Below, one piece after another: positions 32,442 through 42,738 of a DNA stretch of 64,000 nucleotides. Below the pieces are notes generated by a model, which was not told the origin of the DNA, made no database searches, and was given only the letters and a program-made list of their open reading frames with translations. The stretch is from an uncultured Gammaproteobacteria bacterium (GTDB lineage: Bacteria; Pseudomonadota; Gammaproteobacteria; DRLM01), in contig CAVSNY010000007.1 in assembly GCA_963729605.1 (NCBI GenBank), positions 544,001 to 608,000 on the forward strand, written 5' to 3'. The translations under genes and the position numbers were made by a program. Within the stretch, counting starts at the first letter, position 1. Each line of letters opens with the position of its first letter.

Positions 32442-32752
32442 TAAGGACATCGACGAGTGTAATCCGTCCTAAATTTAGGAACGAGCATCTCCCCTCCTTG
32501 TTACAAGGAGGGGTGCCCCGTAGGGGCGGGGTGGTTGAAGTGCGGCGTACCCGAATAGTTTGTTCATCGCGCTTTTGAATCCACCACCCCGGCGCTAGTC
32601 GCGCCACCCCTCCTCATTTGAGGAGGGGAGTGATAATACAAGCTTTCATCCCATGGCCAATGTTCCAGCCATCGCGACGCATTACACGTGCGATTAAACA
32701 TAGTGTGTGCCGAAATGCACGCGAGGAGTTTAGCAGACTCGCCGCCGCGCTT

Positions 32753-33919
32753 TCAGTCCTCCGGCAAAAACAGCGCCGTGAGGTCGTTGAGAAAACGCTG
32801 GCCCAGTTCGGTGGGGCGGATGTGATGCAGGTCGCGCTCGATCAGACCCTTGGCCTCCGCCTGTTGCAGCGGTTTTTCGACGACGTTCAACGCCAGGCCG
32901 GTGTGTTCGGCGAACAGCGCCACGGGGAAACCATCGTTCAAACGCAGCGCGTTGAGCATGAAATCGAAGCCCGCTTCGCGCCGCGACAAGCTACGTTCGC
33001 TGGCGATGCGCGCGGCGCTCGCCGCCTTGGCCAGATACTCGCGCGGGTGGCGCAGCTTGGCGGTGCGGACGATGCGCTGATGCTGCGCGCTGCTGATCTT
33101 GGCGTGGGCGCCGGCGCCGATGCCGAGGTAATCGCCGAACAGCCAGTAGTTGAGATTGTGCCGGCAGCGGTGGCCCGCTTGCGCATAGGCCGACACCTCG
33201 TATTGTCCGTAACCCGCCGCCGCGATGCGCGTCTGGCAGTGTTGCTGTATCTCCCACAAGGCGTCGTGGTCCGGCAAGTTCGCCGGCGGCGTGTGGGCGT
33301 AGCGGGTGTTGGGTTCCAGCGTGAGTTGATAATGCGACAGGTGCGTGGGTTGCAGCGCGATGGCCTGTTCGAGATCGGCCAAGGCCTGCGCCACGCTTTG
33401 GCCGGGCAGGCCGAACATCAAATCCAAATTCAATTCGTCGAAGCCGGCGGCATGGGCGCGCTCGGCGGCGGTGATCGCCTCGCGCGCGCCGTGGATGCGC
33501 CCGAGTTTTTTCAGCATGTCGTCATTGAAACTCTGCACGCCGATGGAAAGACGGTTGATCCCCGCGGCGCGGAATTCCGCGAACTTGCCCGCCTCCAAGG
33601 TGCCGGGATTGGCCTCCATAGTGATCTCGGCGGTGGCGGGCAAGACCAATAAGGCCCGCAACTGCGAAAACAAACGGTCGATGCTCTCGGGCGAAAACAG
33701 ACTCGGCGTGCCGCCGCCGAGAAACACCGTCTCGATGGGGCGGCCCCAGATCGAGGGCAGGTCTTGTTCGAGATCGGCGATCAGCGCGTCGATATAAGCC
33801 CGCTCCGGCACCGCGTCCTTCGCCTCGTGGGAGTTGAAGTCGCAATACGGACACTTGCGTACGCACCACGGCAGGTGCACGTACAACGACAAAGGGGGCA
33901 GGGCGGCGAAGTTGAACAT
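32753..33919 (-). CDS. hemW: Radical SAM heme chaperone
   Basis: LSLYVHLPWCVRKCPYCDFNSH, GGGTPS, EANP, HNLNYW.FGDYLGIGAGAH. Confidence 0.95.
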   Translation of the reverse strand: MFNFAALPPLSLYVHLPWCVRKCPYCDFNSHEAKDAVPERAYIDALIADLEQDLPSIWGRPIETVFLGGGTPSLFSPESIDRLFSQLRALLVLPATAEITMEANPGTLEAGKFAEFRAAGINRLSIGVQSFNDDMLKKLGRIHGAREAITAAERAHAAGFDELNLDLMFGLPGQSVAQALADLEQAIALQPTHLSHYQLTLEPNTRYAHTPPANLPDHDALWEIQQHCQTRIAAAGYGQYEVSAYAQAGHRCRHNLNYWLFGDYLGIGAGAHAKISSAQHQRIVRTAKLRHPREYLAKAASAARIASERSLSRREAGFDFMLNALRLNDGFPVALFAEHTGLALNVVEKPLQQAEAKGLIERDLHHIRPTELGQRFLNDLTALFLPED

Positions 33920-34169
33920 GGCGACAGTTTAACAGCCTTGACGGTAGGAGGTGTATCACGGGCGCTAAGCGTTACTCATCTTGATGGAAAAACATGCGTG
34001 AATATCTGTAGCGTGGATTGAACGCGGTGAAACCTGGCGTGGAATTTTCTTGACAACAGCTTGTCGGGTAGCGTCGTGGAGAAATAGGTTCCGCCTATTG
34101 CGCCGGCTTTTCGGTGAGAAAGCCATTGAGTGGGTTTGTAATGCTAGGTTCTATTTTTTAGTCCGGCTA

Positions 34170-34560
34170 CGAAACTAAAAGGACACGTATGTCGCTCCGA
34201 GTACTCGGAGAACCGCTTCCTGCTGGAACTGGGTCTTGTAGGTGCCACGATCTCGTTAAGCGCGGCGCTCGTAGTGATATTTCCCTCGTGAATAATATTC
34301 AACACATACGAAGCTTCACGAATGAGGGATCGGTAGTTAACCTCCCTTATCCAGAGGCCGGCCAAACGCTCAAGCCTCCGGGAAATTGCGGAGTGACTGG
34401 TTGAGAAAGCTTGCCAATCTTCGGCGGTGACTATTCCACCCGGCGTGGTGGTTTCGAAGTGCAGCAACTCGCTGATCATGGCCTTTTGCCCGTTGGGACA
34501 AATTGATTGTCCGGGGCGCGCAGGCGCTAAGGAATGCGACAAGCGCGGCGCCCATCAAAA
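34170..34560 (-). pseudogene. DUF3574-like lipoprotein remnant
   Basis: Pieces LSACAP, TPGGIVTAEDWQAF, IREASYVLNIIH lie in different frames. Confidence 0.5.
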
Positions 34561-34742
34561 AGTATTTGCGGTACGCGGGTTCATCCTTACGAAAAATAAC
34601 GTTTGTGATAAGTGTGCTTTTCTCAATAGGCTCGGCTCGTCGGTCATCTTTACATCCACACACATCTGCCTTCATGATATCGGGCAGCTCCGGCGTCCAA
34701 TTCAGATTAATTACAGTTGCTTATTCTGGGACAAAGAATCTT

Positions 34743-34758
34743 TGGTGTAAAAACTGCA
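34743..34758 (+). promoter_or_regulatory. Possible sigma-54 promoter
   Basis: TGGTGTAAAAACTGCA has the GG/GC spacing of -24/-12, 40 bp upstream of the PEP-CTERM gene. Confidence 0.35.
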
Positions 34759-34798
34759 TTACCAGAGACCAATACGACAATATGGAGGTCGATTCCTC

Positions 34799-35458
34799 AT
34801 GAAATTTAATAGAATGGTAATAATAAGCACGGTGTTCCTGTTTTTAGGAGTCAACGTCGCCCAAGCCAGTCCAATCACTACTCTCTACAATACAGGCGTG
34901 GACGCGAATGGTGTGGTGCTTGCTAATGGCGTGATCGGAGATCCGCACTATTCCCTGATATCAGTTCCGGGCGGAACCAGCACCATTATGACCCGCACTT
35001 CGGCCGGCGGTTATCCGATCGGACCTTGGCTCGCTGACAATGACTTATCGGTTTGGATCGGCCCCGCCAATAATTCTCAGCTGAACGGACCAGTAGGTGA
35101 TTTTATATATCGAACAAGCTTCGATCTCACGGGTTTTAATCCATTGAGCGCCTCGATTACCGGACAATGGGCAACGGACAATCCGGGTACCAGCCTGCTG
35201 CTTAACGGTATCGTAGCTGCCGGCATGACGACTACGGGTTATACCGTTTGGTCGCCCTTCATACTCACTAGCGGATTTATCGCCGGGATCAATACGCTTG
35301 ATTTCGTGGTCCGTAACAATGGCGGGCCAACAGGCTTGCGCGTGGAAATGACCGGCAATGCCTCACCCGCTATCGGAGCGGTTCCGGAGCCCGCAACGCT
35401 TGCCTTGTTCGGACTTGGATTGATGGGCGTTGCGTTAGGGCGTCGACGCAAGCATTAA
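34799..35458 (+). CDS. PEP-CTERM sorting-domain protein
   Basis: Signal peptide; C-terminal VPEPATLALFGLGLMGVALGRRRKH. Confidence 0.92.
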   Translation: MKFNRMVIISTVFLFLGVNVAQASPITTLYNTGVDANGVVLANGVIGDPHYSLISVPGGTSTIMTRTSAGGYPIGPWLADNDLSVWIGPANNSQLNGPVGDFIYRTSFDLTGFNPLSASITGQWATDNPGTSLLLNGIVAAGMTTTGYTVWSPFILTSGFIAGINTLDFVVRNNGGPTGLRVEMTGNASPAIGAVPEPATLALFGLGLMGVALGRRRKH

Positions 35459-36019
35459 ATCCGGATTTAATTTCATCCGAGATACGCTTGTGGCTCTCGA
35501 GGATGGGCAACACATCGAGGCTGAAACAGACCTGCTGCGGCGGCGGCCGGCGTGCACCAGATCGCAAGTTGCGCCAATGCGGCCGTGGTGAGGACAAAAG
35601 CAAAATGGCGGGATCGTTTGGCGTGAGGCATGACACGGCTCCTTGCCGTTTATGAGAATGGCATTTTAGCGCCTGGCGAGGGGAAGCCTCGGGGCCGGTA
35701 ATGAAACGCAGTGGAATCTTTTGATGTTGAGCTTCACTGCTCAGTCTGCGGAATTGTTGTAATGCCAACGATCGGAAGTGGGAGGCGACTGTAAAAAAAG
35801 TTAAACCCACCCCCGACGCGCTCCTAACTAACCGCCCGCACCTTACAGGAAACATTGACAAACATGTGGTATCTACTACGCTTCCTTCTCCACCGAAAAA
35901 CAAAATCTGCTCTTGACATCAAAGCAGCAAAGGGAGGGTTTCCCCGCATAGGCCGACATGGTGTTCCTAACGCTTGGCGCAGGAGACCAACTACTAACGA
36001 ATTGTGAAGGAGGCACCTT

Positions 36020-38644
36020 ATGTGTGTACATCCTCGCAGTATGCTGTTGGGTCTCTTGTTGGTCATTTCAAACTTTAATTTCATTCAGTTCGCCGCCGCC
36101 GCGGCCGGTGACCTCGATGCGGGTTTCGGCAGCGGAGGCAAGGTCACGACGGACTTTTCACCCACGGTAAACGACATCGATTGGGCGAATGACGTCGCGA
36201 TTCAAAGTGACGGTAAATTAGTCGTCGCCGGATATACCTTCGACTCCGGGACGAGCCCGACGCAACACTTCATGCTGGCGCGTTACCACCCTGATGGTAG
36301 CCTGGATGCCGGTTTCGGAGCAGGCGGTCTGGTGCAAACCAATTTTGGTAATCCGGGGGTTTTTGCCGGTGTAAAAATCCAGGCTGACGGCAAGATCGTG
36401 GCGGTGGGGTCAATTGCAGTGACGACGTTGACGACGGGGTCTCGGTTTTTTATCGCGCGATATAACAGCGACGGTAGCCTGGACACCAGCTTCGGCACCG
36501 GCGGCAGCACGACCACCGCCGCCGGTGAGAACGGGAGTAACGGCCTAGGACTGGCGATTCAGGCCGACGGAAAGATCGTTGTCGTCGGTTCCCATGGTCT
36601 CGCGTTTTCTGGACTCAACTTCGCCGTCGCGCGCTATAACACGGACGGCAGTTTGGACAGTAGCTTCGACGGTGACGGCATCGTGTCGACCGATATCGCC
36701 GGGAGTGGTGATGGCGCCAACGATGTTGCACTGCAAGCCGACGGCAAGATCGTCGTGGTGGGCGTGGGTGTTGATCCCTCACTATCCACCACCTCGCGCT
36801 TCGCCGTGGTCCGATACAACGCCAATGGTAGCTTGGATACTAGCTTTGACGGTGACGGCAAGACCACCACCGCGCTCGGTACCATACTCGACTCGGCGCA
36901 CGCCGTGGCCATTCAAGGCGATGGCAAGATCTTATTGGCGGGGTCGTCCCACAACAGCGCAACCAGCGCGCCGGATTTCGCGTTGGTGCGCTACACCACC
37001 GCCGGCAGTCTGGATGGCACGTTCAATGGGACGGGCCGCGTGGTCACGCCGTTTCCTTATGGCCAAAGCGTGGCCAATGGCGTGGTGGTATTGCCGAACG
37101 GAAAAATCGTTGCCGGCGGTTTTACGACCGGCGACCCCGGCGCCGCGTCGGGTAACGATTTCGCCTTGGCGCGTTACAACTCCAACGGTAGTTTGGACAG
37201 CAATTTCGGCACCGGCGGACTGGTGACGACACCCTTCGGCACCCCGGCGCTCGGGAGTGACGACTTCGCCAACGCGCTACTTTTGCAGCCGGACGGAAAG
37301 CTGGTGCTGGCCGGCTATCTCACCAAATTCGGCGTCGGTTCGGATCGAGATCTGGCGCTCGCACGCTATCTCGATGCCCCCGATCCGCCGGTCGCCAACG
37401 CCGGCCCCGACCAGAGCGTCAATGAGGGTGATACGGTGATCTTGGACGGCTCGGCCAGCGCTGACGCGGGGAACCCGCCGCTGACCTATCACTGGACGCA
37501 GTTGGCGGGCACGCCGGTGGCGTTGAATTTATCCGATCCCGTCCATCCCCTGTTCGTCGCGCCCAATGTCGCGTCGGGCGGCGAGACCTTGTCGTTCCAG
37601 TTGATCGTGAATAACGGCCTCGCCGACAGCGCTCCTGATACGGTCGATGTCACGGTAAAGAACGTTAATCACGCGCCGGTGGCGGACGCCGGCCCGGCGC
37701 AGACCGTGGCGGAAGGCGCGCCGGTCACCCTCGACGGCACCGGCAGCTTTGATGTGGACGGCGATACCCTCGCCTACGCGTGGACGCAAACCGCCGGTCC
37801 CGCCGTCACGCTCGCCGGTTCCACGACGGCCAATCCGACCTTCACCGCGCCGGCGGTGGCCAGCGGCAGTGTCGTGTTCACCTTCCAACTCACGGTCAGC
37901 GACGGCGCGCTTAGCGCGATTGCCTCCGTCAATGTGACGGTGGAGCATGTCAATCACGCACCGGCCGCTGACGCGGGCGCTCCGCAAACCGTCAACGAAG
38001 GCAGCGTGGTGATCCTCGACGGCTCGCTCAGCGGTGACCCCGACGGCGACGCGCTCACCTACGCGTGGACACAGTTGGCGGGACCGGCGGTGAGCTTGAA
38101 TTTAAGCAATCCAGTGCAGCCAGTGTTCACCGCGCCCAACGTCAGTTCGGGCGGAGCGGTGCTGCGTTTTCAACTGATCGTCAATGACGGCTCGTTGAGC
38201 AGTGCGCCGAGCACGATCGACATCACGGTGCTGGACGTGAACGACCCGCCGGTCTGCACCATGGCGCAAGCCTCGCCCGCGAGTCTGTGGCCGCCCAATC
38301 ACAAGCTGAAGTTGGTCACCATCACCGGCGCCAGCGATCCGAACAACGACGGTGTCACCCTGACCATCACCGGCGTGATGCAGGATGAGCCGGTCGATGG
38401 TTTGGGTGACGGCGATACCGATCCGGATGCGATCATTCAAGACGCCAGCGTGCTGTTACGCGCCGAACGGTCCGGCATGGACAATGGACGGGTCTACCAC
38501 GTCAACTTCACCGCGAATGACGGGCAGGGCGGCGTATGCAGCGGAACGGTGAAGGTCACTGTTCCCCATTCCAAAAATCAAACCGCCGTCGATGGCGGCC
38601 TCTTGTTCGATTCCACCGTCGATCTGCCGGATGGCGGACATTGA
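36020..38644 (+). CDS. Secreted delta-60 repeat (beta-propeller) plus PKD/Ig-like repeat protein
   Basis: About seven repeats of QADGKIVVAG...ARYNSDGSLDTSFG, then three PVANAGPDQ...LDGS PKD-like repeats. Confidence 0.88.
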   Translation: MCVHPRSMLLGLLLVISNFNFIQFAAAAAGDLDAGFGSGGKVTTDFSPTVNDIDWANDVAIQSDGKLVVAGYTFDSGTSPTQHFMLARYHPDGSLDAGFGAGGLVQTNFGNPGVFAGVKIQADGKIVAVGSIAVTTLTTGSRFFIARYNSDGSLDTSFGTGGSTTTAAGENGSNGLGLAIQADGKIVVVGSHGLAFSGLNFAVARYNTDGSLDSSFDGDGIVSTDIAGSGDGANDVALQADGKIVVVGVGVDPSLSTTSRFAVVRYNANGSLDTSFDGDGKTTTALGTILDSAHAVAIQGDGKILLAGSSHNSATSAPDFALVRYTTAGSLDGTFNGTGRVVTPFPYGQSVANGVVVLPNGKIVAGGFTTGDPGAASGNDFALARYNSNGSLDSNFGTGGLVTTPFGTPALGSDDFANALLLQPDGKLVLAGYLTKFGVGSDRDLALARYLDAPDPPVANAGPDQSVNEGDTVILDGSASADAGNPPLTYHWTQLAGTPVALNLSDPVHPLFVAPNVASGGETLSFQLIVNNGLADSAPDTVDVTVKNVNHAPVADAGPAQTVAEGAPVTLDGTGSFDVDGDTLAYAWTQTAGPAVTLAGSTTANPTFTAPAVASGSVVFTFQLTVSDGALSAIASVNVTVEHVNHAPAADAGAPQTVNEGSVVILDGSLSGDPDGDALTYAWTQLAGPAVSLNLSNPVQPVFTAPNVSSGGAVLRFQLIVNDGSLSSAPSTIDITVLDVNDPPVCTMAQASPASLWPPNHKLKLVTITGASDPNNDGVTLTITGVMQDEPVDGLGDGDTDPDAIIQDASVLLRAERSGMDNGRVYHVNFTANDGQGGVCSGTVKVTVPHSKNQTAVDGGLLFDSTVDLPDGGH

Positions 38645-38770
38645 AGCAGCGGCGGAGGTTAGTAACCGAATCGTGACCGGCCATGGTGCGCGTGGTTACT
38701 GCGCATCATGGCCGGCGCGAGGCATCTGCATAAGCGGCACGATAGCTTGGTCGTGAATGATCTTCAGCTC

Positions 38771-39118
38771 TGTAGGTTGAACGTAGTGAAGCCCAGCATG
38801 GAGTTACTCGTAATAACCGCCGGCCCAACGTGTTATGGACAAATCCATTCCACCCATTGTGCCCGTTTTCCAGAACGCATCAAATGAATCGGCATGTGAT
38901 GTTGGGCTTAATTTCATTCAGCCCAACCTACAGGACTTCAGCCTATGTAGGTTGGGTTGAACGTAGTGAAACCCAACATGGAGTTACTTGTGATAACCGC
39001 AGATCAGGTGTGCCATGAAGAAACCCATCCCGCCCATTGCGCTAGTTTTCCGGTAACGCATCAATTAAATTGGCATGTGATGTTGGGCTTCATTTCATTC
39101 AGCCCAACCTACAGGACT
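38771..39118. repeat. Two tandem GTAG-type REPIN elements
   Basis: TGTAGGTTGGGTTGAACGTAGTGAAACCCAAC...GTTGGGCTTCATTTCATTCAGCCCAACCTACA inverted REP pairs around a ~90-bp spacer. Confidence 0.8.
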
Positions 39119-39168
39119 GCCCATCACGCGCGTGCGTCCTCGCACGTCGCGTGATGGGCTTGTTATGC
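39116..39168 (-). mobile_element. attC site, R' end disrupted by REPIN
   Basis: GCATAAC followed by hairpin GCCCATCACGCG...CGCGTGATGGGC, just after the cassette ORF stop. Confidence 0.75.
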
Positions 39169-39183
39169 GCCGCCACCAAGCCT

Positions 39184-39624
39184 TTATCTGGCGATTTTCG
39201 AAAACTCACACTTCAGTTGCACGGACCGCGCCTTTACTCCTGCACCAATGACACTGTGACCATTGACCTGCGATGCGGCGATGACTTTGAGCTTTGTATG
39301 GATGACGTATGTCCATACGCTAACAGCAGTAGAATTTTTCGCGACAGAACCAACCACCAAGACTTCTTCTGTACTTCCAAGAACCTCGGCGGGCTTTCCG
39401 TCCACCAGAGCTTCAGACTTGCCGTTATACTCAAACAGCCATTTGCCCCCGAAACGCTCATTCTCTGACCAGCCGTCCGCAAGCAGCCCGCCATCAATAC
39501 CGATCTCCTGGCGGTAGCCCTCAGTACGTGTGTCGACGCAGACGGCAGTGAAGCCTTCTACCGCGAAGGAACTCTCTGCAGCGGCAAGGAGGACGACTGC
39601 GATCAAACTCCTCTGCAGTGTCAT
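39184..39624 (-). CDS. Gene cassette: secreted hypothetical protein
   Basis: AGAGGAG RBS, signal peptide; cassette bounded by GTTATGC...GCATAAC. Confidence 0.75.
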   Translation of the reverse strand: MTLQRSLIAVVLLAAAESSFAVEGFTAVCVDTRTEGYRQEIGIDGGLLADGWSENERFGGKWLFEYNGKSEALVDGKPAEVLGSTEEVLVVGSVAKNSTAVSVWTYVIHTKLKVIAASQVNGHSVIGAGVKARSVQLKCEFSKIAR

Positions 39625-39643
39625 ACGACGATCTCCTCTGATC

Positions 39644-39865
39644 GCATAACTTAAAGTAGACCCCGATATTGGGGTGTTATAACACACCATTTTTAGCACC
39701 TAATCCCGCTGATATAGCCATAACCCTGTGCTTCAATTGGCATCAGCCTATATCAATCCGTAAAAGTACACCACTAAACGCACGGAGAAATAGGGCGTGA
39801 AGAACTAGCCGAATCTTATGATGGAGCTTATCGCGCTATTGGCGTCAGGGTGGCCGAATATTCTC
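39644..39865 (-). repeat. attI/promoter-like block, copy A
   Basis: Near-identical to 44219-44439 and 45629-45849; similarity ends at a GTTRRRY core. Confidence 0.8.
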
Positions 39866-39972
39866 TTACCCCCGCAACGCCTCAATCAACTTCCGCAATG
39901 CCAGCCCGCGATGGCTCAAACTGTTTTTGATGTCAGGCGTTAATTCGGCGGAGGAGCAGTCGTGGGTGGGGA
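39866..39972 (-). pseudogene. rdgB: Duplicated rdgB 3' end, copy A
   Basis: Encodes [33 protein letters not shown], matching the rdgB C-terminus. Confidence 0.9.
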
Positions 39973-40077
39973 GTGAGGGCAACGGCAAATAGCGGGATCG
40001 TTTGCCGTTAGACATGACACGGCGTCTTGCCGTTTGTGAGAATGGCATTTAGCGCGTGGCGAGCCGGGAAGTCCGCG

Positions 40078-41732
40078 TCACATCTCCTTCAGATATTCGT
40101 GCACGAACAGGACCGCCATCGACCCCTCGCCGACGGCCGAGGCGACGCGCTTGACCGAGCCGGACCGGACGTCGCCCGCGGCGAAGACGCCGGGGCGGCT
40201 GGTCTCCAGCAGGTAGGGCTGCCGACGTGCCGTCCACGCCTCGGAATTCGCCAGGGACGGCCCCGGTCCGGACGAATCCCTTCTCGTCCTTCTCGATCTC
40301 CGGGGGGAGCCAGTCGGTCCGCGGCGTCGCGCCGATGAAGCTGAACAGGGCCGGGGTCTTGATCGTCCGCGCCTCGCCCGTCTTGTTGTTGACGACCTCG
40401 ACCTCGCGGAGGCAGCGGTCCCCGGACATCCGCCGGACCTCGGTGTTGAGGAGCACCTCGATGTTGGGGGTCTCCTCGATCCGCTGGGCCAGGTAGCTCG
40501 ACATGTGCTTGTAGAGGTCGTCGCCGCGGACCACGAGGTACACCTTGCGGACCTGCCCGGCGAGGAAGACGGCGGCCTGGCCGGCGGAGTTGCCGCCGCC
40601 GACGACCACGACGTCCGAGCCCTCGGCAGAGCTGCGCCTCGATGGGGGTCGCGGCGTAGTAGACGCCGCACCCTTCGAACCGCTCGCACCCCTCGACGCC
40701 CAGCCGGCGGTAGTCGGCCCCGGTGGCGATCAGCAGGCACTTGGCCGAGACCGTCTCGCCGTCGTCGAGGTGCAGCACCGCGTACTTGTTGTCGAACGTC
40801 AGGCCCGTGACCGGCGAGGCGACGGGCAGGTGCGCCCCGAACTTGTTGGCCTGCACGACGGCGTTCTCGGCAAGTTCGCCGCCGGTGATGCCGGTGGGGA
40901 AGCCGAGGTAGTTCTCGATCCGCATGCTGCGGCCGGCCTGACCCCCGGGCGCGTCCCGCTCCAGCACGACCGTGTTCAGCCCCTCGGAGGCGCCGTAGAC
41001 GGCCGCGGCCAGCCCCGCCGGGCCGGCCCCCACCACGGCCAGGTCGTACACCGTGTGCTCGAGCGGCCGGCGGAGGCCGAGGGCATCCGCCAGCTCCTCG
41101 GTTCGAGGGGTTGCGCAGGAGCAGCTTGTGGCCCCAGGCGACCACGGGCGTGTCGGCCTCGGTCAGCCCGGACTGCTCGAGCAACTGCTTCACCTGCGGG
41201 TCGGCCTCCAGGTCCAGCCAGGTGAACGGCACCCGGTTCTTGGCCAGGAACTCGCGGACCCGGAAGGTGTCCTGCGAGTAGCGCGACCCGATCACGCGCA
41301 GGCCCGTGAAGTCCCCCGATCTCGTGGAGGAGGTGGCGGCGGGCGATGAAGGCCCGGAGGATGACGTCGCCCAGGTCCGGGTGGACGTTCAGGATCTCAC
41401 GCAGGGCATCGTTCGAGACCTCGAAGACGTCGCACTCGCCCCGGGCGACGCCGCTGAAGATCGCCGGGCCCCCGGTCAACTGGGCCACCTCGCCGGTGAA
41501 CTCCCCGGGCCCGAGGGTCGCGACGATCTTCGGCTCATCGCCGGAGTCGTCGACGATCTCGACCTCGCCGGTCTTGACGACGTAGAAGTTGCAGTCGCAT
41601 TGCGCCGGCTTCGAAGAGCTTCTCCCCGTCGCGATAATGCTTGAGCTTCGACAGAGGGCAGCCCTCCAGCGCGGCGAGCTGGGCCTCGTCGAGCCTGGGG
41701 AATGCGGCGGCGTGCAGGTCCTGATCGATCAT
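40078..41732 (-). pseudogene. cNMP-binding domain plus thioredoxin-reductase-like oxidoreductase, multiply frameshifted
   Basis: VVGAGPAGL, IENYLGFPTGI, GGGNSAGQAA, AGDVRSGSVKRVASAVGEG spread over several frames; visibly very GC-rich. Confidence 0.85.
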
Positions 41733-41769
41733 GTCTCGGGCTCCTTTGGTTCGACGCTGTCTGCTTCAG

Positions 41770-42157
41770 TCACACAGGACCGGCAGGATATGCTCCGGCA
41801 CCGGCAGCGCCGTCTCGTCGACGTAGACAGCCTTGCCCATGAGTGAGTCGATCTTGCGTTTCATCGCCTGGGGTGAATATCTCAGGTTTGCAGGTATCGC
41901 CATAGGCCGGACGGCCGCTGTCGTCGTTGCGCTGGTCGAAGAACGACAAGTCCAGCTCGTGGTCGATCAGAGAATTGACGGTGTATTCAAACGTGCCGGG
42001 GAGAATCTGGTCCCGAAAGGAGATCGGGATCATCTTGCCTTGCTCGTAGCAGTAATCCTTGTGGCGGGCCATCCATTCCCCCTTCAGGCTGAGCGGCCTG
42101 TTATGGCATCTTGGATAGCAGTAATTATAGGACCGAATGGGGTTTTTCTACAGGTTC
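41770..42157 (-). mobile_element. IS1182-family remnant (left end plus transposase N-terminus)
   Basis: End sequence GAACCTGTAGAAAAACCCC, then MARHK...QILPGTFEY...LDLSFFD...GRPAY. Confidence 0.7.
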
Positions 42158-42660
42158 AACGTTCGCGCTTGCCGAGCGCCCGTGTTGAGCGTTGGGTTGG
42201 GGCTCATGTTGTACCGTGCCATGATGGTTGCAGCGACATCTCGGTGAACTTGGGTGGACGGATGAAAGTGGATCTCTGTTTGATACATTGGCCACTGTCC
42301 GGCGCAGCGGATAAGGAAAACAACTTCCGCCTCAACCGTCTCGATGTCTAGCGTCGGATTCTCCGTCGGAGGATCGTCGTGGCACCATACGTCGAGGAAC
42401 GCCTCGGTGAGGTCGTGGCGCCATGCGTACCCGTAATACCCTCCCTTGCCCGCAGCATTCCAACCGAAGCGCAGGCGGTTCCTAACCGATTGCTTGGTGA
42501 CGCCGACGTAGATTGGCCGTTCATCAACGCTCGCAATATAGAGTTTTGGCTTCGTCGACGTCGCAATACCCGAGAAGTTGGCCGTCCCCTTCTCGCATTC
42601 GACGACGAAGGCAATCTCGTCAAACGTGAGCTTGTAGCGCTGAGGGCCGGTAATGCGCAT
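42148..42660 (-). CDS. Gene cassette: GIY-YIG-like nuclease
   Basis: KLYIASVDERPIYVGVTKQSVRNRL and a later Glu (VEAE); cassette bounded by GTTGGGG...CCCCAAC. Confidence 0.65.
   Translation of the reverse strand: MRITGPQRYKLTFDEIAFVVECEKGTANFSGIATSTKPKLYIASVDERPIYVGVTKQSVRNRLRFGWNAAGKGGYYGYAWRHDLTEAFLDVWCHDDPPTENPTLDIETVEAEVVFLIRCAGQWPMYQTEIHFHPSTQVHRDVAATIMARYNMSPNPTLNTGARQARTLNL
42154..42202 (-). mobile_element. Short attC abutting the IS end
   Basis: CCCCAAC...GTTGAAC; the IS end begins right after GTT. Confidence 0.6.
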
Positions 42661-42668
42661 GCTATGAG

Positions 42669-42729
42669 CCCCAACGCCCAGCATCAGCGAGTGGCGCGTA
42701 GCGCCGTCCGCTGCATGCTGTTGTTGGCG
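42669..42729 (-). mobile_element. attC site
   Basis: CGCCAAC-aacagcatgcagcg...cgctgatgctgggc-GTTGGGG, imperfect palindrome, 61 bp. Confidence 0.85.
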
Positions 42730-42738
42730 GCTTAGCGG

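Noticed and set aside
38771-39118. CRISPR array or small ORFs in the repeats
   Set aside because: These are inverted REP pairs with a conserved internal spacer; the 62-65-aa ORFs are translations of the repeat.
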